A stretch of DNA of 64,000 bases. Source: an uncultured Gammaproteobacteria bacterium. Lineage in GTDB: Bacteria; Patescibacteriota; Patescibacteriia; Patescibacteriales; UBA12465. Every line of letters starts with the position of its first letter. Position 1 is the first letter of the stretch. Shown one piece after another: positions 27,286-37,979 of this stretch. A program made the translations under genes and the position numbers. The notes under the pieces are model-generated. The model was given only the letters and a program-made list of their open reading frames with translations. It had not been told where the DNA came from and ran no database searches. The stretch covers positions 10,782 through 74,781 of the forward strand of contig CAZAAD010000004.1 in NCBI GenBank assembly GCA_964483295.1, given 5' to 3'.

Positions 27286-28652
27286 TAGAATACACCTCCC
27301 TTTCTAAGACTTAGTTTTTTATCATATCTGTCCTTGCGTGACAGTCTTTCTTTAACTTTCTTAAATACTAGGGTTTCTTGAGCACCGGAATCCATATCTC
27401 GCATTAAAATAGTGCCATCCATTATCTCTTTCTTACCTAATATTAAACAAGTTGTTGCCTTCATGGCCGTTGCTTCTTCAATTTGAAGCTTTAGGCTATC
27501 AGAGGCTAAGGCTTGTCTGACGTTAAAGCCAGCTTTACGCAAATCTTCAAATAGCTGCAGGGCTTTCAGTTTTGCCTGATCACCTAACTGAGCAATGAAC
27601 ACTATATCTTGTTCAGTTTTATTTGTCAAAGCTTGCTTATCTTTAATGCGACCAACAGTTCTTTCAATACCAATTGCAATACCAGAAGCTGGTGCCGCTT
27701 GACCGCCCAGGCTCTCCACTAAGCCATCATACCGGCCGCCACCTGCTAGCGACAAACGACCAACGCTACCGTCATCGTTCACTGGCCAGAATTCAAAGAC
27801 AATATCATTATAATAATTCAAACCACGAACTAAGTAGGGGTTAAAATTATAACTAATATTTAACTCATCTAAAAACTCCAAAGTCTTCGCTAAATATTCA
27901 CGGCTAGCGTCAGACAGAAAATCGGCAATTTGTGGAGCCTCTTCGCGCAATTTTAAACAAGACTCTTCCTTGCAATCCAATAGGCTTAAGCAATTTTTTC
28001 CTAAACTATTTTTACAGGCATTACACAACTTTGAGCGATGACCTCGTTCTTTGTAAAAATTAAATAATTTACTGCAATAACTCTTGCGGCACTCGGCATC
28101 ACCCAAGCTATTAATTTGTAACTGAGCGCTAACTTGCATCTCTTCAAAAAAATTATTAGCAATCATTATCAAGACTGCCTCTGCCATCGGTTTCTTGTCA
28201 CCAATAATTTCTAAATCAAACTGAGTTGATTCACGATAACGGCCGCTTTGTAATTTTTCTCGACGAAAAATGGGACCAACGGAAAAAAGACGAGCGGTTT
28301 TCATTTCCGCCTGCAAGCCATTTTCTAAATAAGAACGGACAATACCCTGGGTAATTTCCGGGCGCATGACTGTCTTCTCGCCTTTCTCGCCATCAACAAC
28401 ATAAATCTCTTTATCGCTTTCCCGCCGTGATGATTTTTTATATAAATCAAAACTCTCTAAAATAGGTGTTTTTACAGGAGAAAAGCCATACAATTGTGCC
28501 AACTGATTAGCTTTTTCAACAGCTAAATCAAAGCAAGCTTGTTCTGCGCCGGAAAAATCTTTCATCCCCAAAAGCCTTCCTGGAGTTTTATCATTTTTTC
28601 TTTCCGTTTTAACGGCCGGGGATGAAGTTGTTCCCTTTTTCCTTCTGGGCAT
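27285..28652 (-). CDS. hisS: histidine--tRNA ligase
   Basis: Class II motifs: GMKDF, MRPEITQGIVR, FSVGPIFRREKLQSGRYRESTQFDLEIIG, GGGRYDGLV. The stop overlaps the rpsU ATG by 1 nt (TAATG). Confidence 0.92.
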   Translation of the reverse strand: MPRRKKGTTSSPAVKTERKNDKTPGRLLGMKDFSGAEQACFDLAVEKANQLAQLYGFSPVKTPILESFDLYKKSSRRESDKEIYVVDGEKGEKTVMRPEITQGIVRSYLENGLQAEMKTARLFSVGPIFRREKLQSGRYRESTQFDLEIIGDKKPMAEAVLIMIANNFFEEMQVSAQLQINSLGDAECRKSYCSKLFNFYKERGHRSKLCNACKNSLGKNCLSLLDCKEESCLKLREEAPQIADFLSDASREYLAKTLEFLDELNISYNFNPYLVRGLNYYNDIVFEFWPVNDDGSVGRLSLAGGGRYDGLVESLGGQAAPASGIAIGIERTVGRIKDKQALTNKTEQDIVFIAQLGDQAKLKALQLFEDLRKAGFNVRQALASDSLKLQIEEATAMKATTCLILGKKEIMDGTILMRDMDSGAQETLVFKKVKERLSRKDRYDKKLSLRKGGVF

Positions 28653-28684
28653 AGTTTTATATATTTATTTTCTTTTTTCTCTTA

Positions 28685-29266
28685 TTAATTGGAAACAATC
28701 TCGCCATACTGCGGCCAATAATTTCTATCAAAAACAGTGACGCGGTCAAATGGCCAACCACGAAATAGCACTTTTCCGGTAATAAAAGATTTATCAACCG
28801 GACCGAAGCTCCGAGAATCTTTAGAGGCAGGACGATTATCGCCAAGAACAAAATACTCATTAGCACCAACTGTAATCAATGATTCACTATTATCATAAGT
28901 TCCTAGACCATCAGGCAGGTATGCCTCCTTAAGTACTAGGCCGTCTGGATTGAAAGCATTAAAAATTTTAACCTGTCCATCTTTAATCTGAACCTCTTCA
29001 CCCGGCAAACCAATAATACGCTTAATGAAATATTCTTGAGGATCCTTAGGGTAACGAAAAACAATAACTTGCCCACGTGCCGGTTCATTAAAACGATAAC
29101 TAATTTCATCAATAATTAAATATTCATGATCGTGGAAATTTGGCTCCATTGAAGCCCCTTTAACATAAAAAGGCTGAATCAAATAATAGCGCACCGGTAA
29201 AATAATGGCTAAAGAAATACTAACAACTTTAATTATCTCCCAAACGAATAAAAAGAATTTACGCAT
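28685..29266 (-). CDS. lepB: signal peptidase I
   Basis: N-terminal TM, catalytic GASMEPNF, and VLGDNRPASKDSR box. Confidence 0.9.
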   Translation of the reverse strand: MRKFFLFVWEIIKVVSISLAIILPVRYYLIQPFYVKGASMEPNFHDHEYLIIDEISYRFNEPARGQVIVFRYPKDPQEYFIKRIIGLPGEEVQIKDGQVKIFNAFNPDGLVLKEAYLPDGLGTYDNSESLITVGANEYFVLGDNRPASKDSRSFGPVDKSFITGKVLFRGWPFDRVTVFDRNYWPQYGEIVSN

Positions 29267-29397
29267 AAAATTGCTAGAGAAATACTAGTTTCTCTGCTTA
29301 AGTTAAATGTCCTTAACAACAATAAGGACAACTTACATACTATCAAAAAAAACGAGAAAAATCAAATCTAGCTAAAGACTACCTAAAACTTACTTAC

Positions 29398-30453
29398 TTA
29401 AATTATTAGCATCGCATCACCATAACTAAAGAAGCGATAATTTTGAGAAATAGCCTCATTATAAACGCGTAAAATATTATCCTTACCTGCTAGAGCGCTA
29501 ACTAACATAAGAAGAGTTGACTCTGGTAAATGAAAATTTGTAACCAGAGCGTCTACTATTTTAAACGTATATCCGGGGTAGATAAAAATATTAGTTCTAA
29601 AAAATAAATCAGTGGCTGATTTTTGAATTTTATCACCAAACAAAGTGGCGGCAGCTTCTAGCGAGCGACAACTAGTCGTGCCGACTGCCACCACACGCTT
29701 ACCAGATTGCTTAGCAGCTAAAATTTCTTCCCAGACTTCTGCTTTTATTTCTACTGACTCGCTATGCATTTTATGATCGGTAATATACTCAGTTTTCACT
29801 GGCGCAAATGTCCCTAAACCAACATGCAAAGTTATAAATCTAACTTTAACTCCCTTAGCTTCAATTTTCTTTAATAAGCGGGTGGTAAAATGAAGGCCAG
29901 CAGTAGGTGCGGCCGCCGAACCGTCCTTGCCGCTAGCAGCAAAAACGGTTTGATAACTAACTTTATCTTGTTTTTCACCCCGAGGATTTTTAATATAAGG
30001 CGGCAGTGGCACTTCACCAATTCTATTAATTTCCTTAAAAAAAGCTGAACCCGTTAAATTAAAAACAACATTTCTCGTACCATCTTGATTATCAGCGCCA
30101 ACAACAGCGAATAACTTAGCGGATAAATCAACTATCTGTCCGGTCTTTAAGCGCCCTCTAACTAAGCACTCCCAGGAATTATCAGCTATTTTTTGATGCA
30201 AAAAAATTTCAACCGCACCGCCAGAATCACGTTTATGACCGTGCAGTCTCGCCGGAAAAACTTTAGAATTATTTAAAACTAAAATATCGCCAGCTTGCAG
30301 ATAATCCACTATTTCAAAAAAACGCTGATGTTCAGAAGTCCCCCTATTTTTAAATAATACTAACAACCGCGAGTGATCTCGCGGCTTGACTGGTTCCTGG
30401 GCAATCAATTCTGGTGGCAAATAATAAGAAAAATCTGCAGTCTTGAACTTCAT
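29398..30453 (-). CDS. queA: S-adenosylmethionine:tRNA ribosyltransferase-isomerase
   Basis: FSYYLPPELIAQEPVKPRDHSRLLV at the N-terminus, GEVPLPPYIK, and AAPTAGLHFT. Confidence 0.92.
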   Translation of the reverse strand: MKFKTADFSYYLPPELIAQEPVKPRDHSRLLVLFKNRGTSEHQRFFEIVDYLQAGDILVLNNSKVFPARLHGHKRDSGGAVEIFLHQKIADNSWECLVRGRLKTGQIVDLSAKLFAVVGADNQDGTRNVVFNLTGSAFFKEINRIGEVPLPPYIKNPRGEKQDKVSYQTVFAASGKDGSAAAPTAGLHFTTRLLKKIEAKGVKVRFITLHVGLGTFAPVKTEYITDHKMHSESVEIKAEVWEEILAAKQSGKRVVAVGTTSCRSLEAAATLFGDKIQKSATDLFFRTNIFIYPGYTFKIVDALVTNFHLPESTLLMLVSALAGKDNILRVYNEAISQNYRFFSYGDAMLII

Positions 30454-30459
30454 ATCAAC

Positions 30460-31479
30460 TCAAACTAATTTATCCTGACCGGCCGCTTTAATTCCTAAAT
30501 GTTCCAAGCCTAAATGAGTAATCATTCGACCTCGCGGCGAGCGGTCTAAAAATCCTAACTGCATCAAATAAGGCTCATACATATTTTCAATCGTATCCGC
30601 TTCTTCGCCGGTTGAAGCTGCCAGTGTATTTAAGCCAACTGGCCCACCTTTAAATTTATGGGCGATAGTTTCTAACAAGCGCCGATCTACATTATCAAGA
30701 CCTAATTCATCTATTTCTAACATCTTAAAAGCTTCGCGACAGCCAACAGCATTAACTACGCCATTGCCCTTAACGGTACAATAATCTCGAACCCGTTTTA
30801 ATAAACGATTAGCAATACGTGGCGTCCGACGACTGCGCCCAGCAATCGCTTGTTTAGCGTCAGCCTCAATTTCCACTCCTAAAATACTAGCGCTCCGAAA
30901 AACAATGCGCTCAATATCAGCTTGCTCGTAAAAATTAAGATGATAGGATAAACCAAAACGATCTCTAAGTGGCGCCGAAAGGAGAGAGGCCATTGTAGTA
31001 GCGCCGACAATAGTAAACTTAGGCAAATCAAGACGTAGAGTACGCGCGCTTGGCCCTTTGCCCATAATAATATCTAACGCAAAATCTTCCATCGCTGGAT
31101 ACAATATTTCTTCTACTGCCTTAGGTAAGCGATGAATTTCATCAATAAATAAAATATCGCCCGCCTCTAAATTAGTTAAAATAGCCGCTAAATCACCGCT
31201 TTTTTCAATTGCTGGCCCAGAAGTCACACGAATATTAGCGCCTGTTTCATTAGCGATAACATGCGCCAGCGTCGTCTTTCCTAAGCCCGGAGCGCCATAA
31301 AGTAAAATGTGCTCAATCGGTTCATTCCTTTTCTTGGCGGCCGTAATAGTAATTTCCAGGCTCTGTTTAATTTTTTCTTGCCCAATATATTCCTGGAACT
31401 GGCGCGGCCTTAAAGAAAAATCTAATTTTTCATCTTCCGGCGTATCTTCCGGGGTTATTAAGCGGTCTTCTTCATTCAT
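30460..31479 (-). CDS. ruvB: Holliday junction branch migration ATPase RuvB
   Basis: [25 protein letters not shown] Walker [11 protein letters not shown] Walker B, and [13 protein letters not shown]. The ATG at 31479 is preferred over the GTG at 31527. Confidence 0.95.
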   Translation of the reverse strand: MNEEDRLITPEDTPEDEKLDFSLRPRQFQEYIGQEKIKQSLEITITAAKKRNEPIEHILLYGAPGLGKTTLAHVIANETGANIRVTSGPAIEKSGDLAAILTNLEAGDILFIDEIHRLPKAVEEILYPAMEDFALDIIMGKGPSARTLRLDLPKFTIVGATTMASLLSAPLRDRFGLSYHLNFYEQADIERIVFRSASILGVEIEADAKQAIAGRSRRTPRIANRLLKRVRDYCTVKGNGVVNAVGCREAFKMLEIDELGLDNVDRRLLETIAHKFKGGPVGLNTLAASTGEEADTIENMYEPYLMQLGFLDRSPRGRMITHLGLEHLGIKAAGQDKLV

Positions 31480-31489
31480 ATTATTAACA

Positions 31490-34459
31490 TTATATCTGAC
31501 GAAATTCACAAATAGAATTAAAGTCACAGTACTTACACATCATTGATGGTGTTGGCGCAAAATTACGATTCTTAATCGCCGCGATTTCCTCAATGATACC
31601 AAGTTTTAATTTATCAATCTCTTTCTCTGTCGCCACAAACGACACCTTGTTGCCAGTCTCTAAATAATAATAGCTAAGCTGGCCGACTTTTTCACCGAGA
31701 AATTCCTCTAAGAAAACTTGGTATAAAATTAATTGGCGTTTCTCATCAAAAGTAAGTTTATCTTTACCTTTACCCGTCTTATAATCCACCACCTCAAGAC
31801 GGCCGTCAGCCAAGCGATCAACTCGATCAATCGTTCCTTTAATAATATTGCCACCAATTTTAAACGAAAACTTTTTTTCTAAAAAAATAGTTTCAGTCGG
31901 CGGCGCGGCTTGATAATCAGCCAAGAAATCTTTTAAAGCTTTTTTGCCGTTCTTATGATATTTCTCACGTTCCTCTTTATTAGCATAACCATCAGCCTGC
32001 CAAAATTCTTCATATAAAGATAGTAGTCTTTTTTCACCAAGATCAATCTTCTTCAGAGCCTGGCCATCACCATCGGCAAATAGACTGATTTGTAACTTTT
32101 TAGCTTCTGCTAAAGTTGGTAATAAAAAATTATACAAAGTATTATGCAAGACGCGACCAAAAATAAGCGAAGCTTTATCAGTTGAGGCGGGAATTTTAAG
32201 AATAAAAGCAAACTTATACTGCAGCGGGCAAGTAGAAAACGCAGCTAACTGGGAAAATGAAAATTTAGCTGGTAGTGGCAAGACAATATCTTTATCTTGG
32301 CGCACCTTCTCCGCTTCCTCCAACTCATTTAAACGATGTAAATCTTTTAAAAAAGCATTTTGCTTGCTCAACTCTGCTTCTTCGCTAACTAACTCAGGAT
32401 TGATGCCCATTTCTAAAATAAAACGAGATGGTTTTTTATCTCTTGCGCCACCGTAATCCTTAGCACCAGTAAGATATAATTCTTCTTTAGCTCTGGTGGC
32501 CGCTACATAAAATAACCGGCGCTCTTCTTCAAGATGCGCATCCACGGAAGCGGCGATTTTTTCTTTTATCAGCGCTTCAGGAATAGAAATTTTTTCGCTG
32601 CGTGCGATAGTCGGAAACTTCTTGTCTACTAAATTAACAATAAAAACATATTTAAACTCCAAGCCTTTGGCGCCGTGTACAGTCATAATTCTCACACTTT
32701 CATTATCAGTAAAATCAAGCTTTAAAGAACCAGTCTCACCTGCTTCTAATTCTAAATTAATTACCTCTAAAAAATCTTTCAACTTTAAATCAGAGTTACC
32801 ATCTTCCAATGTCTTAATTTTTTGATAGAACTGATTAAGATAAGAGAATAATTCTAAATCACGATCGTGGTCTAGTTTTTCTAGCAAGCCAGAGTCATAA
32901 GCAAAATGCAAAAATATTTTAGTCGGCCTATCTTTAGCGGCCAGAGCTGAATGCGTCTCAATTAAAGTAAGCAACTTGGCAATATTTTTTTCACTTTCCG
33001 CGGAAATATTCTTAATTAAACGCACATTTTTTAAGGCTTCATATAAAGACCAAACCTTGCGCGCCGCTAATTTATTAATTTCTACTAGTTCAGCGTGAGA
33101 AACTTTAAAAGTCTCCATATTTAAAACCCTAAATAAGGCCGAGGATTCATGATAATTATCCAGTAAGCGAAAATATGCCAGAATATCTAGAATAATCGGC
33201 TTATAATACAAGCCACGCCAAGACATAAAACGATGAGGAATGCTCAGGCGGCTTAATTCTTTGACATAAGCATCAGCCGTATCATTAGCTCTCACTAAAA
33301 TTGCAAAATCTAGCCAACTAACTTCCTCACCTTGAGAAATTTTTTCTTCATAAATATCTTTAATACGCTGACCGACAAACGACACCTCTTCTTCCTGAGT
33401 AGAAAAATTAAAAAAGCGTACTGCTGGTGCGGGATATTTTTTACTAGCCGCCTCTCCTTTAGCTACCAGCTTTTTATCAAGACCAAGTCTTGCTTCCAAG
33501 CGATTAGGATCATTATGTTTAATAAAATCATGAGAGCGATCTAAAATCTCCTGACGCGAACGATAATTTTCTGTCAAAATTATCTCCTGAGCCTGCGGAT
33601 AATCGGACTTAAACTGCATGATATTAGAAATAGACGCGCCCCGAAATTTATAAATCGCCTGGTCATCATCGCCAACCACTAATAAATTATTTTGCGGGGC
33701 CGCTAAAATTTTTACTAACTGATACTGGGCTAAATTAGTATCCTGAAACTCATCAACCATGATGAATTTAAATTTGCGACGGTAATACTTTAAAATATTC
33801 GGTCTCTCTTTAAATAACTTGATGGCGTAGACAATCAAATCGCCGAAGTCCAGATAATTATTTTCTATTAACAACTGATTATAAGTATGATAGGCGTCAG
33901 CCAACTCGCGCACGCGCGCTAGTTCAAGCTCGTCATCATCTTCAACATCTAAATCTTCAGCGTACTTCAGGTATTCGGCAACCGAAATATCCTCATCCTT
34001 CAGGCGAGAAAAATGCTTTAATAGCTCAGAAATAAATTTAGTCGGATTACCAAGCGGCCGATAATAATCTAATTGAAAACGCGTTAAATTTCTTTTTATC
34101 ATCACCCATTGGTCAGTTGCGGATAAAAGTTTAAATCCAGGATTAAGGCCGATTTCTAAAGCGTGATCGCGTAAAATACGTTCGCAGAAACCATGAAAAG
34201 TATTAATCCATAAATCTGTATAGCCATAAGGCAAAATAATATCCGCCCGCTCTTCCATTTCGCCGGCCGCTTTTTCCGTAAAGGTTAAAAGGAGAATTTC
34301 ATCTGAAGAAACTTTTTTTGTGGTTAAAAGATGTGCTAGGCGATTAATTAAAACCGTAGTCTTGCCCGTGCCGGCACCAGCGACAATCAAAAGCGGCCCA
34401 TCTTCATGAGTAACGGCTGCTTTTTGCGCGCTATTTAATTTTGCTAGTAATCCAGACAT
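31490..34459 (-). CDS. UvrD/PcrA-type superfamily 1 helicase fused to a C-terminal PD-(D/E)XK nuclease with Cas4/AddB-like Cys cluster
   Basis: AGAGTGKTT Walker [34 protein letters not shown]. The C-terminus has STCPLQY...DRVD...VVDYKTG...[10 protein letters not shown]. The ATG at 34459 (MSGLLAKLN) is preferred over the GTG at 34480. Confidence 0.85.
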   Translation of the reverse strand: MSGLLAKLNSAQKAAVTHEDGPLLIVAGAGTGKTTVLINRLAHLLTTKKVSSDEILLLTFTEKAAGEMEERADIILPYGYTDLWINTFHGFCERILRDHALEIGLNPGFKLLSATDQWVMIKRNLTRFQLDYYRPLGNPTKFISELLKHFSRLKDEDISVAEYLKYAEDLDVEDDDELELARVRELADAYHTYNQLLIENNYLDFGDLIVYAIKLFKERPNILKYYRRKFKFIMVDEFQDTNLAQYQLVKILAAPQNNLLVVGDDDQAIYKFRGASISNIMQFKSDYPQAQEIILTENYRSRQEILDRSHDFIKHNDPNRLEARLGLDKKLVAKGEAASKKYPAPAVRFFNFSTQEEEVSFVGQRIKDIYEEKISQGEEVSWLDFAILVRANDTADAYVKELSRLSIPHRFMSWRGLYYKPIILDILAYFRLLDNYHESSALFRVLNMETFKVSHAELVEINKLAARKVWSLYEALKNVRLIKNISAESEKNIAKLLTLIETHSALAAKDRPTKIFLHFAYDSGLLEKLDHDRDLELFSYLNQFYQKIKTLEDGNSDLKLKDFLEVINLELEAGETGSLKLDFTDNESVRIMTVHGAKGLEFKYVFIVNLVDKKFPTIARSEKISIPEALIKEKIAASVDAHLEEERRLFYVAATRAKEELYLTGAKDYGGARDKKPSRFILEMGINPELVSEEAELSKQNAFLKDLHRLNELEEAEKVRQDKDIVLPLPAKFSFSQLAAFSTCPLQYKFAFILKIPASTDKASLIFGRVLHNTLYNFLLPTLAEAKKLQISLFADGDGQALKKIDLGEKRLLSLYEEFWQADGYANKEEREKYHKNGKKALKDFLADYQAAPPTETIFLEKKFSFKIGGNIIKGTIDRVDRLADGRLEVVDYKTGKGKDKLTFDEKRQLILYQVFLEEFLGEKVGQLSYYYLETGNKVSFVATEKEIDKLKLGIIEEIAAIKNRNFAPTPSMMCKYCDFNSICEFRQI

Positions 34460-34479
34460 AAATTTTTGTATTGTTATCA

Positions 34480-35604
34480 CTACCGAGCCAGCTCTAAGAG
34501 TCCGCCACTAACAGCTCCTTCTTCATTCTCATTAAGCTTCGACCAAGTAAGATACTTCTGAAAAAAATTCTCGCGCTCCTTATCATCAAGCAAACGTGGC
34601 GCCGATGCTGTAGAACGCAGAGGTACAAAATGAATAGTTGTAGTGCTTACTCCAACATTTAATTTAACTGCCAGGCTTTCTTGCGTATCTGAAGAAAAAT
34701 ATTGATCAAAAATAAAATTACCTAAAGAATAAAAAATTGGCTTGCCCTGATAAACTTCCATTCCCTGAACCACGTGAGGATGGTGTCCAATAATAATGTC
34801 GGCACCAGCCTCTACTAAGGCGTGCCCGATGTCTTGCTGATAACGATTAAACTGGTGTTCATATTCTGTTCCCCAGTGGATATTAATAACTACTAAATCA
34901 GTAGTTGAGGCGGCTGCTTTAACTAATTCTGTAGCCACTTCTAAGTCAAAATGAGCATAAACCATTGATAGCCCAATTAAAGAAACTTTTTGACCAGAAA
35001 TTTCCATATCTTGACGGGAGTACTCATCAATTTGTGCATCCGGAGCACCGCTAAAATAAAAATCTAATGCTTGCAAGTTTTTTCTAGTCTCCTCTACTCC
35101 TTTTACTCCTTGGTCACTGAAATGATTATTAGCTAACGTAAAATAATTGAAACCAAAATCTTTGAGCTCGGCTATTCTGTCCGGAGAAAAAGCAAAGTCA
35201 TAAGCATTCTGAGGAGAATAATGGGCGCCGCCATCAGTGACTGCTCCTTCAAGGTTAGCACCAATAATATCAAAGCCAGAAAAAAAAATTTTATCTTCTC
35301 CGGCTAAACCGTCAAGCAAAAAACCGACATGTTTATTTTTCAATCTTTCACCAACATGACGATCAAGCATCATGTCACCAAAAAAAAGAAAGTTAATATC
35401 GCGAGCACCGATTAAAGACGGGTCGAGATTTTGCCTGGGAATAAAGTCTAATTGGTTATCTTCTTCAGCTGCTTCCTTAATAGCATTCTTTGTCTCTACC
35501 TCCGAACTATCTCCAATAATATTTAAGGCATAAAAAGCGATAGTGCTAGTAGCGAGCAACAAAACTGCGCCAATTATCAATATTCCTAGCCACCGCTTTG
35601 ACAT
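34480..35604 (-). CDS. CapA-family metallophosphatase-like protein (poly-gamma-glutamate/capsule biosynthesis type), membrane-anchored
   Basis: N-terminal TM, then FFGDMMLDRHV, LANNHFSD, IHWGTEYE and GHHPHVVQG motifs. Confidence 0.75.
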   Translation of the reverse strand: MSKRWLGILIIGAVLLLATSTIAFYALNIIGDSSEVETKNAIKEAAEEDNQLDFIPRQNLDPSLIGARDINFLFFGDMMLDRHVGERLKNKHVGFLLDGLAGEDKIFFSGFDIIGANLEGAVTDGGAHYSPQNAYDFAFSPDRIAELKDFGFNYFTLANNHFSDQGVKGVEETRKNLQALDFYFSGAPDAQIDEYSRQDMEISGQKVSLIGLSMVYAHFDLEVATELVKAAASTTDLVVINIHWGTEYEHQFNRYQQDIGHALVEAGADIIIGHHPHVVQGMEVYQGKPIFYSLGNFIFDQYFSSDTQESLAVKLNVGVSTTTIHFVPLRSTASAPRLLDDKERENFFQKYLTWSKLNENEEGAVSGGLLELAR

Positions 35605-35612
35605 ATAAATAC

Positions 35613-36878
35613 TTAAAATTTTAAGCTCTTTTTCAAATCTGCCGCCTTCATCTTACCAATCCCAGCTAAATTTAAGCCTGCGTCAACAAATATTTTTCTA
35701 GCCGTCTTACGCAAATCAGCCGCTGAAACTTTTTTAATTTTTTTTAAAAATTCTTCTGGGGTAAATAGTTGGCCGCGCAAAACTGCTTGCCGTGCATACC
35801 AATTAGCCAGGTTATCACTTGCTTCCATTTGCAGAAACATTCTGCCTTGCAACAAGTCTTTAGTGCGAGACAATTCTTCTTCAGAAACCAATTCCTCCCT
35901 CAGGCGTCCATACTCGGCTAAAATAATTTCCATGGCGCGAGCTACTTTATCAGTCGGCACGCCAGCTTGAGTAGAAAGATAGCCGGAATCAGTATAAAAC
36001 TCGGTATCAGTCTTCACGTAATAAGCTAAGCCGTTCCTTTCTCTAAGATTTATAAACAATCTTGAGCTCATCGCCCCGCCCAAAATTACCGCCAATAATT
36101 TAGCATTTAATTCTTCGGCATGACCGATTGGAAAAGTTCGCACGGCTAGAGAAATATTGGCCTGGTCCGTGTCTTTAAACACGATTTTAATCTGGGGCGT
36201 AGTCTGCTGATAAATATTTTTCACTTGCTTCTTCCACTTATTATCTCCAAGTTTCTTCATTATTTCCCGACCCTTTTTAATATCCCGATCTTTAACACCG
36301 CCCGCTAAAATTAAGGTGCCGCTCTTGGTGCCGTATTGGGAACGGAAATAAGAAATAAAATCCTGACGGGTAAAATTCTGAATATTTTCTTTAGTGCCAA
36401 TCGTGTCCCAGCCCGCCGGTGTGTCACCAAACAGACAACCCTCTAAGACATCTTCAATATGCATCATTGGGTTATCTTCATACATGTTTAACTCTTCAAT
36501 AATAACTCCTTTTTCTCGCTCGATTTCTTCCTTGTCAAACTTAGAGTGTAAAATCATGTCACCTAGGATATCTAGAGCTTCTCCCAGCTTATTCTCCGCC
36601 GCCTTTACCCAGTAACCAGTATATTCCTTAGAAGTAAAAGCATTAAACTCACAACCTAAGGCATCTAAGGCACTTGAAATCATTAAAGTATCTGGTCTAT
36701 TTTCCGTACCCTTAAAAAACATATGCTCCAAAAAATGGGAAATGCCATTATTTTTTCTGGTCTCATAACGAGAGCCGGTCTTAAAAACCATTAAAGCGGT
36801 CGTTGTCTTCGCTCCAGGAACCGGCACCGTAATAATCGGCGCCTTATTTGACAAAACTATTCTTTTGTATTTATTCAT
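35613..36878 (-). CDS. M16-family zinc metallopeptidase (insulinase/pitrilysin-like)
   Basis: Inverted zincin motif GISHFLEHMFFKGT (HxxEH) near the N-terminus; two-lobed length of 421 aa. Confidence 0.85.
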   Translation of the reverse strand: MNKYKRIVLSNKAPIITVPVPGAKTTTALMVFKTGSRYETRKNNGISHFLEHMFFKGTENRPDTLMISSALDALGCEFNAFTSKEYTGYWVKAAENKLGEALDILGDMILHSKFDKEEIEREKGVIIEELNMYEDNPMMHIEDVLEGCLFGDTPAGWDTIGTKENIQNFTRQDFISYFRSQYGTKSGTLILAGGVKDRDIKKGREIMKKLGDNKWKKQVKNIYQQTTPQIKIVFKDTDQANISLAVRTFPIGHAEELNAKLLAVILGGAMSSRLFINLRERNGLAYYVKTDTEFYTDSGYLSTQAGVPTDKVARAMEIILAEYGRLREELVSEEELSRTKDLLQGRMFLQMEASDNLANWYARQAVLRGQLFTPEEFLKKIKKVSAADLRKTARKIFVDAGLNLAGIGKMKAADLKKSLKF

Positions 36879-36926
36879 ATAAAAAACTGCTTAATTACTT
36901 AGCTTGTTTTAAATTTAGCATAGATT

Positions 36927-36935
36927 TGATATAAT
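36927..36935 (+). promoter_or_regulatory. extended -10 promoter element upstream of radC
   Basis: TGaTATAAT at 36927-36935, ~44 nt upstream of the radC ATG. Confidence 0.4.
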
Positions 36936-36978
36936 TTAAAGCGACAAGACTCCTATAATTCCTAATCTTTTTCGACTT

Positions 36979-37695
36979 ATGAAGTATGCTATTAAAGATC
37001 GTAACACCATCCTAACTGACGGGCATTTTTATAAAATTGCCCGTGTCAAAGATTTACCAGACGACGAAAAGCCACGCGAAAAACTTTTAGAAAACGGGCC
37101 TGGGTCACTTAGCTCTGCCGAACTGCTGGCCATAATTCTTGGCGTCGGCACTAAAAAAGAAGAAGTTTTTTCGATGGCGAGCCGACTTTTGCGAGAATAT
37201 GGTGAAAAAGGCATTGCCTACCAGAAAAACCCTCAAGTTATTCAAAAAGATTTAAATCTGCCAATCGCTAAAGCTTGTCAAATCGTAGCTTGTTTTGAAC
37301 TCGGACGCCGTTTTTATCAAAAGAAACCCGGCGGGTCTATTACTATTAGAACCGCTAAGCAGGCTTACGAATATCTCAAGGACATGCGCACTCTAAACAA
37401 AGAACAATTCCGCGGTCTATACCTCAACACTCATTATCAGTTAATTCATGACGAGGTAATATCTATCGGGACACTTGATTCCGCCATTGTCCAACCACGT
37501 GAAGTTTTTCGACCAGCTCTAGAATATTCAGCCGCCGCTATCATTATTGCCCATAATCATCCTTCTGGAGTAGTAAAAGCGACTAAAGCTGACCTGGAAA
37601 TTACTAATAAACTAGTGGAAGCGGGCAAAATATTAGACATTGAGGTTTTAGACCATTTAATTATCGGACAAAATAAATTTCTCAGCATTATTTAG
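36979..37695 (+). CDS. radC: RadC-family JAB/MPN-domain protein (UPF0758)
   Basis: HhH-like N-terminus (LSSAELLAIILGVGTK) and the C-terminal JAMM motif IIIAHNHPSG. Confidence 0.88.
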   Translation: MKYAIKDRNTILTDGHFYKIARVKDLPDDEKPREKLLENGPGSLSSAELLAIILGVGTKKEEVFSMASRLLREYGEKGIAYQKNPQVIQKDLNLPIAKACQIVACFELGRRFYQKKPGGSITIRTAKQAYEYLKDMRTLNKEQFRGLYLNTHYQLIHDEVISIGTLDSAIVQPREVFRPALEYSAAAIIIAHNHPSGVVKATKADLEITNKLVEAGKILDIEVLDHLIIGQNKFLSII

Positions 37696-37697
37696 GC

Positions 37698-37979
37698 ATG
37701 GCAAAAACATATCAAATAAAAAAACTCGTCTGGTTAGTTAAAGATGAGGCTAGTACCCGTTTTCATGTTGAGCAAGATGACTACTTCGGAACTATTGCTA
37801 CTATTATCAGCCTACTTAAACAAACCTTAAAAGAAAATCCGGCTAAACAACTGCCGGATTTTATTGCTACTTTAAATAATTTAGAGCGTGACTTGGTTTG
37901 GTTACAAAATAATTATCAGATTAGCCCAAGAATAAAAAAGAAAAATAAAATACCAAAAGGCAAAGACAAAAGCCAATGA
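37698..37979 (+). CDS. hypothetical 93-aa protein with a basic C-terminal tail
   Basis: ORF starting 2 nt after the radC stop, with no recognisable motif. Its last ~64 nt overlap the convergent membrane-protein gene. Confidence 0.4.
   Translation: MAKTYQIKKLVWLVKDEASTRFHVEQDDYFGTIATIISLLKQTLKENPAKQLPDFIATLNNLERDLVWLQNNYQISPRIKKKNKIPKGKDKSQ

Noticed and set aside
28657-28869. 70-aa minus-strand ORF overlapping the 3' part of lepB.
   Set aside because: It is an alternative frame of the signal peptidase gene, whose catalytic motifs define the real frame.
29276-29329. Two 7-bp hairpins (agagaaa/tttctct and gtcctta/taaggac) between queA and lepB, considered as a terminator or riboswitch.
   Set aside because: The stems are short and AT-rich, no T-run follows on the transcribed (minus) strand, and no known riboswitch consensus is recognisable. 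They could still be a minor 5' UTR structure.
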